Of a stretch of 64,000 nt of DNA, positions 28,035 to 37,391 are shown piece after piece (the stretch's first letter is position 1; each line of letters opens with the position of its first letter). The position numbers and the translations under genes are program-made. This DNA comes from a virus (lineage: Duplodnaviria; Caudoviricetes): IMG/VR virus record IMGVR_UViG_2515154105_000002, positions 7,105 through 71,104 of that record; one strand, 5' to 3'. The notes below the pieces were generated by a model. That model was not told where the DNA came from. It saw nothing but the letters and a program-made list of their open reading frames with translations, and searched no databases.

Positions 28035-28943
28035 GTGACTCACGCCGAACGTGAAGCTCACGCCGCGGCCCTGCGCGGGCTGCTCTACCTCGCATGCCCC
28101 GACGCCCTCCCCTCGGCGATCGACGAAACAGCTCGGGCCATCACGGAGTGCGCAGATCAGACGCCCCTAGCCCCAGTCCCCGAAGCCGCGCACCTCACAG
28201 ACCCACCCGGAGATCGCCCCGTCCCTCTGGACCTGCGGTGGGCGGACCTGAGCGGTGCGGACCTGACCCGCGCGAACCTGCATGGCGCAGACGTGCACAG
28301 CGCGAACCTGAACGGCGCGAACCTCACGCATGCGAACCTACGCAACGCGAAGCTGGGTTATGCGAGGTTGATCCGCGCGGACCTGAGCAATGCAACCCTG
28401 ATCCGCGCAAACCTGCGGCACACAATCCTGAACGGCGCGAACCTGAACGGTGCGGATCTGAGCGGCGTGAAATCGACCAGGTCTGGCGAGCCCCTGGAGC
28501 GCACCTCTGTTCACATGCGCGGCGCCACACTGAGAGGCTCGAACCTGAGCCACGCGGAGCTGCGAGCCGCGGACCTGAGCGGCGCGGACCTGAGCGGCGC
28601 GGATCTGAGCGGTGCGAACCTACTCCGCGCGAACCTGGATGGCGCGAACCTGAACGGCGCGAACCTGAACGACACAGTGATGGTCCTCGCGAACCTGAAG
28701 GGCGCGGATCTGACCGCCACGGATCTGGCCCACCTTGCTCTGCGTAGCGCGAATCTGACCGGAACCCGTCTCCGACGTGCCAGGAACATGCGTCTTCCGC
28801 CGGGAGCAACTTGGGACGAGCGAACGGAATGGCCTGCCGAGTTGGAATCGGTTGTCTTCGAGCAGTCCGATGAGGTGAGCCCGGGTCTCTACCGGGTCCG
28901 CAGCGACCCGACCCTGGACCGATCAGACATCGTGCCGGTTTAG
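28035..28943 (+). CDS. pentapeptide-repeat protein
   Basis: Many A(D/N)Lxx repeats, C-terminal WDERTEWP. Confidence 0.85.
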   Translation: MTHAEREAHAAALRGLLYLACPDALPSAIDETARAITECADQTPLAPVPEAAHLTDPPGDRPVPLDLRWADLSGADLTRANLHGADVHSANLNGANLTHANLRNAKLGYARLIRADLSNATLIRANLRHTILNGANLNGADLSGVKSTRSGEPLERTSVHMRGATLRGSNLSHAELRAADLSGADLSGADLSGANLLRANLDGANLNGANLNDTVMVLANLKGADLTATDLAHLALRSANLTGTRLRRARNMRLPPGATWDERTEWPAELESVVFEQSDEVSPGLYRVRSDPTLDRSDIVPV

Positions 28944-28979
28944 GAATGGGCCTTGACTCCAAGCCATTGACACAGCACC

Positions 28980-29402
28980 TCAGGGGTGGATGGTGACGAG
29001 CAGCCCGAGGATCCAGCGGGGCTGGCCGTCGACGAGCGGGGACCACAGGAGGGTGCCGGAGGGGCGGACGCCGCTGATCACGGGCTGGTCGAGCTGCTGA
29101 GGTGCTTCGGGTATCCCAGTGGCCGCGGCTGCGCACGTGAGGATGATGCGGCGCAGCTCGGCCTTGCCGGGCCAGCCGCCGGGGTCGCCGTACACCTCCA
29201 GCGTCACCTCGGGCTCGGTCGCCCAGGTGAGGGTGCGCAAGTCGCCGCCGGAGCCGTGCCCGACGAGGAGGTGGGGCCAGGGCGCTTCGGAGATCCCGGA
29301 GACGCGGCCGGGCCCGCCCAGGGCCTCGGCCACGCTCTGGTGGGCCTGCAGCCAGGCCAGGACCGCCGAGACCGGGTCGGCGTCGGCGAAGGCGTCGGCC
29401 AT
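28980..29402 (-). CDS. tail terminator
   Basis: 140 aa, VTLEVYG; neck-module position. Confidence 0.65.
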   Translation of the reverse strand: MADAFADADPVSAVLAWLQAHQSVAEALGGPGRVSGISEAPWPHLLVGHGSGGDLRTLTWATEPEVTLEVYGDPGGWPGKAELRRIILTCAAAATGIPEAPQQLDQPVISGVRPSGTLLWSPLVDGQPRWILGLLVTIHP

Positions 29403-29635
29403 CAGGTGCGGGCGACGTAGCCGGAGCGGCGCAGGCGGCGCGCGTAGTCGGCCGGCACGCGGATCTTGTCGCCGGGCGCGAAGCTGGTGCCCTCGATGTT
29501 GAGGTGGTGGGACAGCTTGATCGTCTCCATCGTGGCGCCGATGTGGGTGGTGACGTTGACCGTCTTCACTTCGTCGGAGGGGGCGACCTCCGCCGCGGTG
29601 TCGGGTGCGCTCTTGGCGGTGCTCTTGGTTGTCAT
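29402..29635 (-). CDS. small virion-associated hypothetical protein
   Basis: PGDKIRVPADYARRL..SGY; leaderless behind promoter motif. Confidence 0.6.
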   Translation of the reverse strand: MTTKSTAKSAPDTAAEVAPSDEVKTVNVTTHIGATMETIKLSHHLNIEGTSFAPGDKIRVPADYARRLRRSGYVART

Positions 29636-29642
29636 GCCGCGC

Positions 29643-29672
29643 ACTGTGAGGAGCCGGAACGTCTTGTGTCGC
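29643..29672 (-). promoter_or_regulatory. putative late promoter (leaderless)
   Basis: GCGAC-ACAAG-N14-CACAGT, 7 nt before ATG. Confidence 0.6.
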
Positions 29673-29724
29673 GGCCTGTCGCAGAGGAGGTGACTACCAG
29701 TCGCCCCCCTTTCGGGGCTGCGGG

Positions 29725-30255
29725 TCACCTTCGGACGGCAACGGCCGCGGCAGCGCGGGCCATGAAGTGAGTTCCCTCGGCGATCAGGTTCCCGGGGTAG
29801 ACCGTGCCGACTTCCGCCTCGACGACCATCGGGGCACGTACGGACACCGTCACGGTGACCTTCTTCCCGGTGATGATCGACTGCCCGGTGGTGATGTTCC
29901 GGGCGATGCCGTCCGGGTCGATGGTCGTACTGCACCGGCAGTGCTTGATATTCGCGACGGCGCGCGAGGAATGGTCCCGGGGCACTCGCATGTACGTGTT
30001 GGGGCCTACGCCGCGGTGCTTGCGGTCCCATTCCATGGAGTTGATCGTGAAGCGCAAGTTGTCCGGCACGACCTGCCCCTGCGCTTCCACGTGCGTGGGG
30101 CGCACCTTGTCGTCGGCGACGGTGACCCATCGCTTCGTGGGCGGGGCGAGCCGCTTCGCCTCGACCTCGACCTGGTGGGCGATCCGCTGCACGTGCGGGG
30201 CGATCATCCGAGCGAGCGCCGCTTCCAGGCCGGGGTTGGGGTGGAACTTCGCCAT
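29725..30255 (-). CDS. HK97 gp10-like neck protein with inserted MuF-type motif
   Basis: EAKRLAP and EAEVGT flank KRWVTVADDKVRPTH...HCRC. Confidence 0.6.
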   Translation of the reverse strand: MAKFHPNPGLEAALARMIAPHVQRIAHQVEVEAKRLAPPTKRWVTVADDKVRPTHVEAQGQVVPDNLRFTINSMEWDRKHRGVGPNTYMRVPRDHSSRAVANIKHCRCSTTIDPDGIARNITTGQSIITGKKVTVTVSVRAPMVVEAEVGTVYPGNLIAEGTHFMARAAAAVAVRR

Positions 30256-30590
30256 CACGGCACCTCGGGCGGATTGAGGGTGGCGGTGGCCTGGACGTAG
30301 TCGACGGCCGGGACGCCGGGCACACGGTGCACCCGGGCCGTGGTGATCGTCCACGTCATCCCGGTCTCGTCCTCCACGGTGTCGCCGGGCTCGACCGGCC
30401 ACGCGGCCGGGTCCAGGCGCAGGGACCATGAACCGTCCTGCTGCTCCAGCGCGGCCCCGGGCCAGGTGCCGCGCGCCGCGGGCTTCTGGTTCGGGTCCGG
30501 TGGTATGGGGACCCCGTTGGCGTCACGCGCCCACGGGTGATCGAGGACGCGGACCGTCAGTTGCCGGTCTGCCAGGACCACCGCCATCAC
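30255..30590 (-). CDS. head closure (stopper) protein
   Basis: RDANGVP, PGDTV...WTI; position. Confidence 0.6.
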   Translation of the reverse strand: MMAVVLADRQLTVRVLDHPWARDANGVPIPPDPNQKPAARGTWPGAALEQQDGSWSLRLDPAAWPVEPGDTVEDETGMTWTITTARVHRVPGVPAVDYVQATATLNPPEVP

Positions 30591-30596
30591 TGCCTC

Positions 30597-31463
30597 CTAG
30601 TACCAGCGGCGCGTACGGCCGGGTGAGTACGGCCACGGTGCGTGGGCCGGGCGTCCGATGGACTGGAAGGTCAGGCGACGCAGCCTCTTGAGGCTGTCGA
30701 GCGTCGGCAGGGCTCCGGCCTGCCCGGCGGTGGGCGCGGCATCGTAGGAGATGGACTGTCCTTCGGCGCTCACCGAGGTGACTCGGCGCCCGGACCCGCC
30801 TCCGCCGTCGGGGCGCTGCCGGATGCCTTCGGCGGCGTGCGCGATGACGTACCGCACGACGCCGTCCTCCTTGGCTCCGTCGAGACCGACCAGGAAGTCG
30901 ACGTCGTACGTGCCATCCGGGTTGGCCCGGTAGGAGAGCACTTCGGCAACGTCGTCGAAGCGGAGACCGCCCCAGGTGTCGACGTCGTCGAGTTCGCTGG
31001 TCCAGCGCGGTGTGAGGCCGGGGATCGTCGTCACGCTGGGCACGAGCGGCCGGTTCAGGTAGATGGCGACGTCGGCCTGCGCCGTACGGATCTCCTCGGC
31101 GTACGCGGCGCGTTGAGTGTCGCTGAGGGGCAGGGGCACGCCGAGAGCGTCGGCGATCTGCTCGGGCGAGCCGACCAGGCCCTGACCGGTGGGCAGGTCC
31201 AGGCGCACCGACGTGTCGGTGACGGGCTGGGCGGACGCAGAGGGGGTGAAGGTGACCACGCCCCAGTAGCGGCCCGGTGCGACGTCGGGCAGCTCGAACC
31301 GGTACACCCCGGCCCGTACCCGGGTGGCGGTGGCGATCGTGGCGGCTGCATCGCCGTCGCGGCCCGGTGTCGAGAAAAGAGCGAGGCGGGTCACGGCGCC
31401 GCCGGCAGGGGCCGGGTCGCAGAACGCCCCGGCCCACATGGGTTTGTGGTCGTAGACCGACAC
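30597..31463 (-). CDS. head-tail adaptor with extra N-terminal domain
   Basis: AQADVAIYLNR, SVSAEGQSISY, L..LKRLRR. Confidence 0.65.
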   Translation of the reverse strand: MSVYDHKPMWAGAFCDPAPAGGAVTRLALFSTPGRDGDAAATIATATRVRAGVYRFELPDVAPGRYWGVVTFTPSASAQPVTDTSVRLDLPTGQGLVGSPEQIADALGVPLPLSDTQRAAYAEEIRTAQADVAIYLNRPLVPSVTTIPGLTPRWTSELDDVDTWGGLRFDDVAEVLSYRANPDGTYDVDFLVGLDGAKEDGVVRYVIAHAAEGIRQRPDGGGGSGRRVTSVSAEGQSISYDAAPTAGQAGALPTLDSLKRLRRLTFQSIGRPAHAPWPYSPGRTRRWY

Positions 31464-31474
31464 CCCGTCCCTCC

Positions 31475-31966
31475 TTACTTGCTGTCGGCGACGACGCGGG
31501 CGGCCTGCGCGGCGAGCTGCTCACGGATGCGGGCGGCGATGCCCTCCGAGACGACGGCGCCCTTGGGCTGCAGGAGCCGGGTGACCGGGTTGCGGTGCGG
31601 GCCCAGGAAGGTGCGCTCGACCAGGCGGACGGTGCACTGGAGGGTGGAGCCGAGCGGGGTCAGCGGCACGAACACGGCGTCGACGTCGACGGGCGGCTGC
31701 CCCGTGGCGTCGTCGAGGATGACGTCGGACAGGTTCTCATCGTCCGGGATGACCTCGGTAGGGGTGACGTACAGGCGGTGCGCCGGGGGCTCGGGCGCCT
31801 CGTGGACAACCGGCGGCTCCAGCGGCGCGGCGTCCGGCGCGGCCGGGGCTGCGTTCGCCTCGGCGGTCGGCTCGGCGGTTGCGGTTGCTTCGGCGGTCGG
31901 CGCGGCCGGGACGTCCTCGGCGACTGGCTTGGCGGCGGTCTTGCGGGGGCGGGAGGCAGTGGCCAT
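31475..31966 (-). CDS. hypothetical virion-cluster protein
   Basis: PA-rich N-terminus; ATG with GAGGAG RBS. Confidence 0.6.
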   Translation of the reverse strand: MATASRPRKTAAKPVAEDVPAAPTAEATATAEPTAEANAAPAAPDAAPLEPPVVHEAPEPPAHRLYVTPTEVIPDDENLSDVILDDATGQPPVDVDAVFVPLTPLGSTLQCTVRLVERTFLGPHRNPVTRLLQPKGAVVSEGIAARIREQLAAQAARVVADSK

Positions 31967-32006
31967 GGAAGAAGGCTCCTCAGCAGGGTCGGGTCCAATC
32001 GGGCGC

Positions 32007-32036
32007 ACCCTGCACAGCGGGACAGCGTTGTGTCGC
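32007..32036 (-). promoter_or_regulatory. putative late promoter
   Basis: GCGAC-ACAAC-N14-CAGGGT. Confidence 0.6.
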
Positions 32037-32093
32037 GTTCTCATTCCGTGCGCTCAAAGCGGCGCCTATCGTGGGTGATCCGCCTGGGGGGGC

Positions 32094-32141
32094 GTGAGGG
32101 CCCGGTGGAGCTGACCGCACGCTCCGCCGGGCCTTCGTCAC
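32094..32141 (-). terminator. hairpin after IPT gene
   Basis: GGCCCGGTGGAGC...GCTCCGCCGGGCC. Confidence 0.55.
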
Positions 32142-32143
32142 GA

Positions 32144-32605
32144 TCAGGAGTACGTGAAGCCGCCGCTCTTGGTGATGTTGCCCGCGTCGTCGACGAGCAC
32201 GACGTTGACGGCTCCGGCCGATCCCGCCGGGGCCTTCACGGTGAGCTGGGTGGCTGACTTGATCTGCAGGCTCGTACCGGCAGTGGAGCCGAAGTTCACG
32301 GCGGAGACTCCGTCGAGCGCCGTGCCGGTGATGGTGACGAGTGTGCCGCCGGCCGCCGGGCCGGTTGCCGGGGAGGTCGTGGCGATGGTCGCCGCGGTGA
32401 ACAGGCGGTCGATGACGGACTGCGGGACGACGTCCCCGGCTTCGTAGAGGAGGTGGCGGCGGGACCCCTCGGGGCGGCCGTCGCCGGGCCCGTACGGCTC
32501 GGTCTGGTAGATGTTCTCGGTGATCCGCTTCGGGGGGTCGGTGACGGCGGCCGCGGGGAACGCCGCCTTCGTGATGCGAGTGCCGTTCTCCTTGTAGAGG
32601 CCCAT
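32144..32605 (-). CDS. IPT/TIG (Ig-like) domain protein, probable virion decoration
   Basis: SPATGPAAGGTLVTITGT...VNFG...FTYS. Confidence 0.8.
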   Translation of the reverse strand: MGLYKENGTRITKAAFPAAAVTDPPKRITENIYQTEPYGPGDGRPEGSRRHLLYEAGDVVPQSVIDRLFTAATIATTSPATGPAAGGTLVTITGTALDGVSAVNFGSTAGTSLQIKSATQLTVKAPAGSAGAVNVVLVDDAGNITKSGGFTYS

Positions 32606-32636
32606 GGGTGCCCTTCCTCGTCGTGGTGGTCGCGGA

Positions 32637-32666
32637 AGGATGGGGCAGCAGGCGGGCTTGGGTCGC
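32637..32666 (-). promoter_or_regulatory. putative late promoter
   Basis: GCGAC-CCAAG-N14-CATCCT. Confidence 0.55.
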
Positions 32667-32688
32667 GCACTCCACGACGGCGGGAGGT

Positions 32689-32715
32689 TTGCCCAATTGG
32701 GCAAGGATGATCTTG
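32689..32715. promoter_or_regulatory. palindromic operator-like site (copy 2)
   Basis: TTGCCCAATTGGGCAAGGATGATCTTG (perfect 16-bp core). Confidence 0.7.
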
Positions 32716-32794
32716 AAATTTGCCGGGCGGGCCTATACCCCCCCCTGCCATGATGTGCACATGCGCGGCCGGGGGGCCGCCACAGGGGGGATAC

Positions 32795-33226
32795 GTGAGA
32801 GCACCACGCCTATTGGCCTGCCTGATAACGGCGTTGCTGGCGTTCAGCGCGGCGGCCTGCAGCAATGGCAGCGGCGAGGCAAAGGGGCAGGACGCGGCCG
32901 GACTGCGCGAGAAGATTGTCGGGAAAGGTAGCGAGACTCCCGCACCAGACAGCCCAGCGCGGCAGTGTACAAAGACCGTCACCGCGGCGGTCGCCAACAA
33001 GCTGTGGATCGACAGCGGCCAAGTTGACGACGAGGCGGATCGCGTGAAGCGCCACGCCTACCAGGACAAGTTCGCCGCCGCATACCTCGGCACGCCGGAG
33101 ATGGACATCTTCTTCATCGCGACGAGCAAGGCCGTCACGGCGTTCAATAACGGTTCGACCGTGACCGAGGGGGTCGCCGAGGCCACCCCGACCATTCAGG
33201 AGCGGTGCGAGACCCAGTACCCGTGA
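32795..33226 (+). CDS. lipoprotein (moron)
   Basis: Signal peptide with lipobox-like SAAAC; opposite strand. Confidence 0.65.
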   Translation: MRAPRLLACLITALLAFSAAACSNGSGEAKGQDAAGLREKIVGKGSETPAPDSPARQCTKTVTAAVANKLWIDSGQVDDEADRVKRHAYQDKFAAAYLGTPEMDIFFIATSKAVTAFNNGSTVTEGVAEATPTIQERCETQYP

Positions 33227-33234
33227 CGCTTCCC

Positions 33235-33272
33235 CAAGATCGGTCTTGCACAATTGGGCAAGAACGATCTTG
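33235..33272. promoter_or_regulatory. 38-bp palindromic operator-like site (copy 3)
   Basis: CAAGATCGGTCTTGCACAATTGGGCAAGAACGATCTTG. Confidence 0.7.
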
Positions 33273-33277
33273 CTCGG

Positions 33278-34525
33278 CTACAGCAGCCGCAGGTGGTCCC
33301 AGCCGTCCGGGCCGATGCTGAACACCAGCAGGCCGGACGCCGACACCTCGCCGGAGCGCGCCGTGTACCAGTCGCTGCCGTTGTCGAGCGTGGGTGCCTG
33401 GACGTGCAGGCGTCCGTTCCCGAGCTGCATGGCCCTGAAGTGGTGGAAGTGCCCGGTGACGAGGATCGAGGCGTCCGCGACGGCCTGACGGCCGAAGCTC
33501 TGGGATCTCCACCAGTCTCCGGCCTTCTCCGGGCGCGAATACTGGTGGCCGTGCGCCAGGCCCACGGTGGTGCCGGAGATGTCGAGGCTCACGCTCTCGC
33601 GCCACTTCTCCGGCACGACGAAGGAGACGTGCCCGTACGCGTCGGTGTTGCGGGCGTAGGCGTCGGCGATCTGCGACATGACCTCGATGCCCCAGTCGTC
33701 GCTGGGCGGGCCGACGGCTTCGCGGCCGCGGCGCACCCGGCCGTGGTTCGAGCCGCACGTCGCTGCGACGACCCGCCCGAAGCGACCGGCGAGTCTGTCC
33801 AGGCCCTCGAAGGTGATCCTGCGGTGTACCCGGATCATCTCGGTCATCGACAGGTCGTTGGTCTGCGCCTGTTGGGCGGTGTTCTCGTAGTTCTCGACGC
33901 AGTCGCCGGCGTCGAGCCAGTACGCGGCGGAGGGGTCCTGCCCGATGGTCTTCAAGTCGCGTATGTGGTCGTCGAGTCGGTCGAACCGCTCGGCGACGCG
34001 CGCGACGAGTTCGGGGGTGCCGCCGCCACTGCCGACCTTCCCGGCCTGGGCGTCGGCGTAGACGACCACGAGGCTGCGTTCGGCGGTGTCCGCGGTGGTG
34101 CGCGGCTTGCGGCGGCGGCGCATCGCGTCGCGGACCAGGGCGTCGACGTCGCCCGCGGACAGCCAGGCCGGGGCGGCGGGCTCGATGACGTAACGGCAGC
34201 GCCACACGGGTCGGGTGACGGCGTCCTCGCCCTGGGCGTCGCGGTGCCAGGCGGCCGGGTCGTGCCGGGCCTCGACGAGCCGGACCTGCCATCCCTCGGG
34301 GACGACCAGGCCGAGTTCTTCGACACGGGCCCGCCAGTCGTTTTCGCTGTTGGCGGGCTTCTCGGCGGCCGGGGCGGTGACGACCATCGTGCCGCCCGGC
34401 TCGTAGCGCACCCCTGCCTCCCAGCCGCGCGGCGCCGGGACCGGAGCGCGGAGGTTCTCGCTCGGCTGCGTCTGCGCGGCGGGAGCGGGCTGCAGGAGGG
34501 ATTCCAGGTCGCTGGTCAGGGTCAT
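33278..34525 (-). CDS. calcineurin-like metallophosphoesterase
   Basis: DAQAG, GDCVE, SNHG, AHGH, TGHFH. Confidence 0.85.
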   Translation of the reverse strand: MTLTSDLESLLQPAPAAQTQPSENLRAPVPAPRGWEAGVRYEPGGTMVVTAPAAEKPANSENDWRARVEELGLVVPEGWQVRLVEARHDPAAWHRDAQGEDAVTRPVWRCRYVIEPAAPAWLSAGDVDALVRDAMRRRRKPRTTADTAERSLVVVYADAQAGKVGSGGGTPELVARVAERFDRLDDHIRDLKTIGQDPSAAYWLDAGDCVENYENTAQQAQTNDLSMTEMIRVHRRITFEGLDRLAGRFGRVVAATCGSNHGRVRRGREAVGPPSDDWGIEVMSQIADAYARNTDAYGHVSFVVPEKWRESVSLDISGTTVGLAHGHQYSRPEKAGDWWRSQSFGRQAVADASILVTGHFHHFRAMQLGNGRLHVQAPTLDNGSDWYTARSGEVSASGLLVFSIGPDGWDHLRLL

Positions 34526-34797
34526 CGCGGGCACCGGCATCCGTTGGAGTCGCCGCGGCGGCGGTGGCGGGCCACGGTGTACGAGGTCACCTGCTGACCG
34601 TGCTGGCTGAGGACGTCGGCGATGGCGGTCGAGGTGACCGTGGGGGTGTCGAGGATGCGGCCGAGCATCGCCGCGGTGTCCTCGTCGACGGACGCCAGGA
34701 CCCCGCCGACAGTGCACGGCGGGCCCTTGCGTGTGCCCGGCGCCCGGGTCAGCGCCTCCAGGTCGGCGGAGAGCCCGACGAGTTCCTTCTCGGTCAC
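34522..34797 (-). CDS. small HTH-like protein coupled to the phosphoesterase
   Basis: CTVG...IADVL...TVARHRR...CRC. Confidence 0.6.
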   Translation of the reverse strand: MTEKELVGLSADLEALTRAPGTRKGPPCTVGGVLASVDEDTAAMLGRILDTPTVTSTAIADVLSQHGQQVTSYTVARHRRRGDSNGCRCPR

Positions 34798-34835
34798 CGG
34801 CAAACTCCAAGTCAGTACGAACAGAAGTGGGGCGA

Positions 34836-34865
34836 ACCGTACGGTCCGCCCCACTCTTACGTCGC
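34836..34865 (-). promoter_or_regulatory. putative late promoter
   Basis: GCGAC-GTAAG-N14-TACGGT. Confidence 0.6.
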
Positions 34866-34872
34866 ACCCTGC

Positions 34873-35892
34873 TCAATCGTCCTGCGGCGCATCGTCCCTG
34901 GCTTCAACAGTTACAACGTGGGTGTACTCGGAGTACCTCTCCTGCTCCTCAGGTGTCCCGTACAAGGCGAGCAAGCTGCGGGCGTGGTCGAGCTTCGGTC
35001 CGATCTCCTGCCCTCGGGGGTGGGAGTGCGACCAGAGTTCGAGATTTCCGGAGCGGAGCCGTCCTCGCTCGTCCATGGCGAGCGGGCCGTCGGCCCGGTT
35101 GTCGTGCCTCACGCCGTTGACGTGGTGCACGGTTTCGGTGGGCAGCAGTAGACGGCCGAGGAGCCGTTCAACGACCAACCGATGTTCCCCCTTTGCTGAC
35201 TTGCCGCTGCCTTGCGAGATGACGCGGTAGCCGTCGGCGTTGATGTAGCCAGCACCATTGCCTGTCCGAAACGCGTGTTCGCAGGGCTTTGAGCAGAAGC
35301 GTCCGATGGTGGATGGAGCCCGGGTGTATTGCTCGCCGCAGTGATCGCATTCGCGCGTTACCTGGCGGCTGCGGGCAGCGGCCGTCTTGCAGGGAACCGA
35401 GCAGTACCTCGCGGTCTCAGCAAGGGCTTTGATGACGTAGAAGTCGGTGCCGCATTGAAGGCATTCCTTCGTCGCGCCGGTTCTCGGCTTGGACGCCCGG
35501 TTGCGGCATTCTGCGTTGCAGAAGGTCCTCCCATTGCGCACGTCGACGGCTCGACGCACTACGTCGGCCCCGCAAGCTGCGCAGGGCAAAGTAACGAGGT
35601 TGGCGGCCTTCTGGCAGCCTCGGGAGCAGTAGACCGGGCGGCCGTCTTGCTGTGCTGTTGCCTGACGGGCGGTTCCCTTGAAGGAGAGCGCGCACCGCGC
35701 GCACTTCAACATCGGGAGTCTGGGCTTTGGGCCGGTCTTGCGGGGCTCGAGATCCCCGTTTCGTCGGATGCGCTGGTAGTGGCGGTTGCACCAGTCGAGA
35801 CGCCCTATGCGGGAGTCGGAGCAGTTCGGCGCCTTGCACTTCTCGGGCTGCTGACTGCGGTCATCCGCGTTGCTCTGCGTAAGCTCACTCAC
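34873..35892 (-). CDS. HNH homing-type endonuclease with tandem Zn-finger repeats
   Basis: Four CxxC...(Y/F)C(S/N)xxC repeats; EHRLV...ETVHHVNGVRHDN...NLELW; lower GC. Confidence 0.8.
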   Translation of the reverse strand: MSELTQSNADDRSQQPEKCKAPNCSDSRIGRLDWCNRHYQRIRRNGDLEPRKTGPKPRLPMLKCARCALSFKGTARQATAQQDGRPVYCSRGCQKAANLVTLPCAACGADVVRRAVDVRNGRTFCNAECRNRASKPRTGATKECLQCGTDFYVIKALAETARYCSVPCKTAAARSRQVTRECDHCGEQYTRAPSTIGRFCSKPCEHAFRTGNGAGYINADGYRVISQGSGKSAKGEHRLVVERLLGRLLLPTETVHHVNGVRHDNRADGPLAMDERGRLRSGNLELWSHSHPRGQEIGPKLDHARSLLALYGTPEEQERYSEYTHVVTVEARDDAPQDD

Positions 35893-36037
35893 GCGAGTAC
35901 CTCCAGATTAGGTATCGCCATGCCCCGGGACGGTTGCCGCCGTCGCCGGGGTCCCTTGTGTCTCGACGGTAGAGATCGGCTATGTCGAGCGTCAACGAAA
36001 CAACGACAACTTTCGCACGTCTGTGATCTCGAAACGA

Positions 36038-36067
36038 GAAGGCCGCCCCGTGGCGTGGGCGGCCTTC
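36038..36067 (-). terminator. hairpin after major capsid gene
   Basis: GAAGGCCGCCC...GGGCGGCCTTC. Confidence 0.6.
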
Positions 36068-36089
36068 AAGTCGGCTTCTAGCTGCTACT

Positions 36090-37391
36090 TCAGCCCGTCG
36101 GCTGGGTCCACGTGCCTATGACAAACGACTCTGGACGGGGCACTTCCAAGGCGACTCGTTCATCGGCTCGCACCGTGATGAGGCCCTTCTCGAAGTTGTC
36201 GGCGTTCTCGGAGGAGACGGTGACGCTGACGGCCTCGCGGTCGTGGAGCTGGGCGCCGAGGCCGAACGCGCCGACGAGGAAGTTCTCGTCGGCCATCGCC
36301 GTGGTTTCGACGACGTTCAACCTCCAGACTTGCTTCTTCGCGCCGACCGCGATCTGCAGGGCGACGCGGAACGCGCCGGTGTCGTCCTCTTCGACCTCGA
36401 CGTGCTCCCACATGGTGGGCGACAGGACGATGCCGGTCGGGTCGTACTCGGCGAGCAGGGCCTTGGTGATGCTGCGGCGGATCTGGACGCTGTACTTGTC
36501 CGTCGACAGGCCGCTGTACTGCTGGACACCCGGGGTGTTGAAGATGCCGGTGAGGGACTGGCCGTCACCGACGCTGTGCAGGAGGTCCCAGTCTTCCTGG
36601 TACTTCACGCCCTCGATCATGCGCGAGTTGATGAAGGTCTTGAGCCTGGGTTCGTCCGCGAGGATGTTCTTGTGCGCGTCGATGAGGTGCGCGATCTCGG
36701 CGACCGGGTACATCACCGGGACGAGCGACAGCTTCGAGCGCGGCGCGCGGCCCCACGTGTCGGTGTCGGCGCCGGTCGCCGGGGACGTCCCGTCGGCGGC
36801 GTAGCGCTCCTTGACCTGCTTGGCGTTGTTCGTCCAGCCGGTCTCGCGGGCGCCGTAGAGCACGGCCTGCTTGGTGCTGCTCTTGGGGAACAGGTCGCGG
36901 ACGTGGAACTTGCGGAACTCGCGCTCGGAGATGCCCAGGTTCTGGGCGGAGCCGAGGGTCTGGTGGGTGACGGACCCGGCGGACAGGCTGAAGATGGACT
37001 TGCCCTCCATCTCCGCGCGGACGTACGGCCGGTCGCGGAAACCGCCCTCGGAGGCGCGCTTGAAGGCGTCGGACTCGACGAACATGTCACCGAGGCTCTT
37101 GCCCTCGGTGAACTGCTGCGGCTGCTGCCCGTAGTGCTGCCCGGCAGCGGGGGTGGCGTCGGGGGCGTCGAGGTACTGCTTGACCTCGTGCATGCCCTCC
37201 GCGTCGGCGATGAGCTGCTTGAGCTCCATCGCGTCGGCGGAGACCTTCTTGAATGCGTTGGCCTGCTCGGTGGAGACGACGAAGCCGCCGTTGTCCTCGA
37301 CCTTGAAGGTCTGCGAGATCCGCTCGGCTTCGGCGGACTTCTCGGCGAGCTGGGCCTTGAGGCCCTTGATGAGGGACTTGTCCTGTGGCAT
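36090..37391 (-). CDS. HK97-fold major capsid protein
   Basis: N-terminal delta-like helix, IAHLI...ILADEPRL, GDG.SLTGI, NFEKGLITVRADERVAL.V.RPESF. Confidence 0.92.
   Translation of the reverse strand: MPQDKSLIKGLKAQLAEKSAEAERISQTFKVEDNGGFVVSTEQANAFKKVSADAMELKQLIADAEGMHEVKQYLDAPDATPAAGQHYGQQPQQFTEGKSLGDMFVESDAFKRASEGGFRDRPYVRAEMEGKSIFSLSAGSVTHQTLGSAQNLGISEREFRKFHVRDLFPKSSTKQAVLYGARETGWTNNAKQVKERYAADGTSPATGADTDTWGRAPRSKLSLVPVMYPVAEIAHLIDAHKNILADEPRLKTFINSRMIEGVKYQEDWDLLHSVGDGQSLTGIFNTPGVQQYSGLSTDKYSVQIRRSITKALLAEYDPTGIVLSPTMWEHVEVEEDDTGAFRVALQIAVGAKKQVWRLNVVETTAMADENFLVGAFGLGAQLHDREAVSVTVSSENADNFEKGLITVRADERVALEVPRPESFVIGTWTQPTG

Noticed and set aside
28240-28760. 15-bp periodic DNA repeats
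   Set aside because: Explained by pentapeptide-repeat coding
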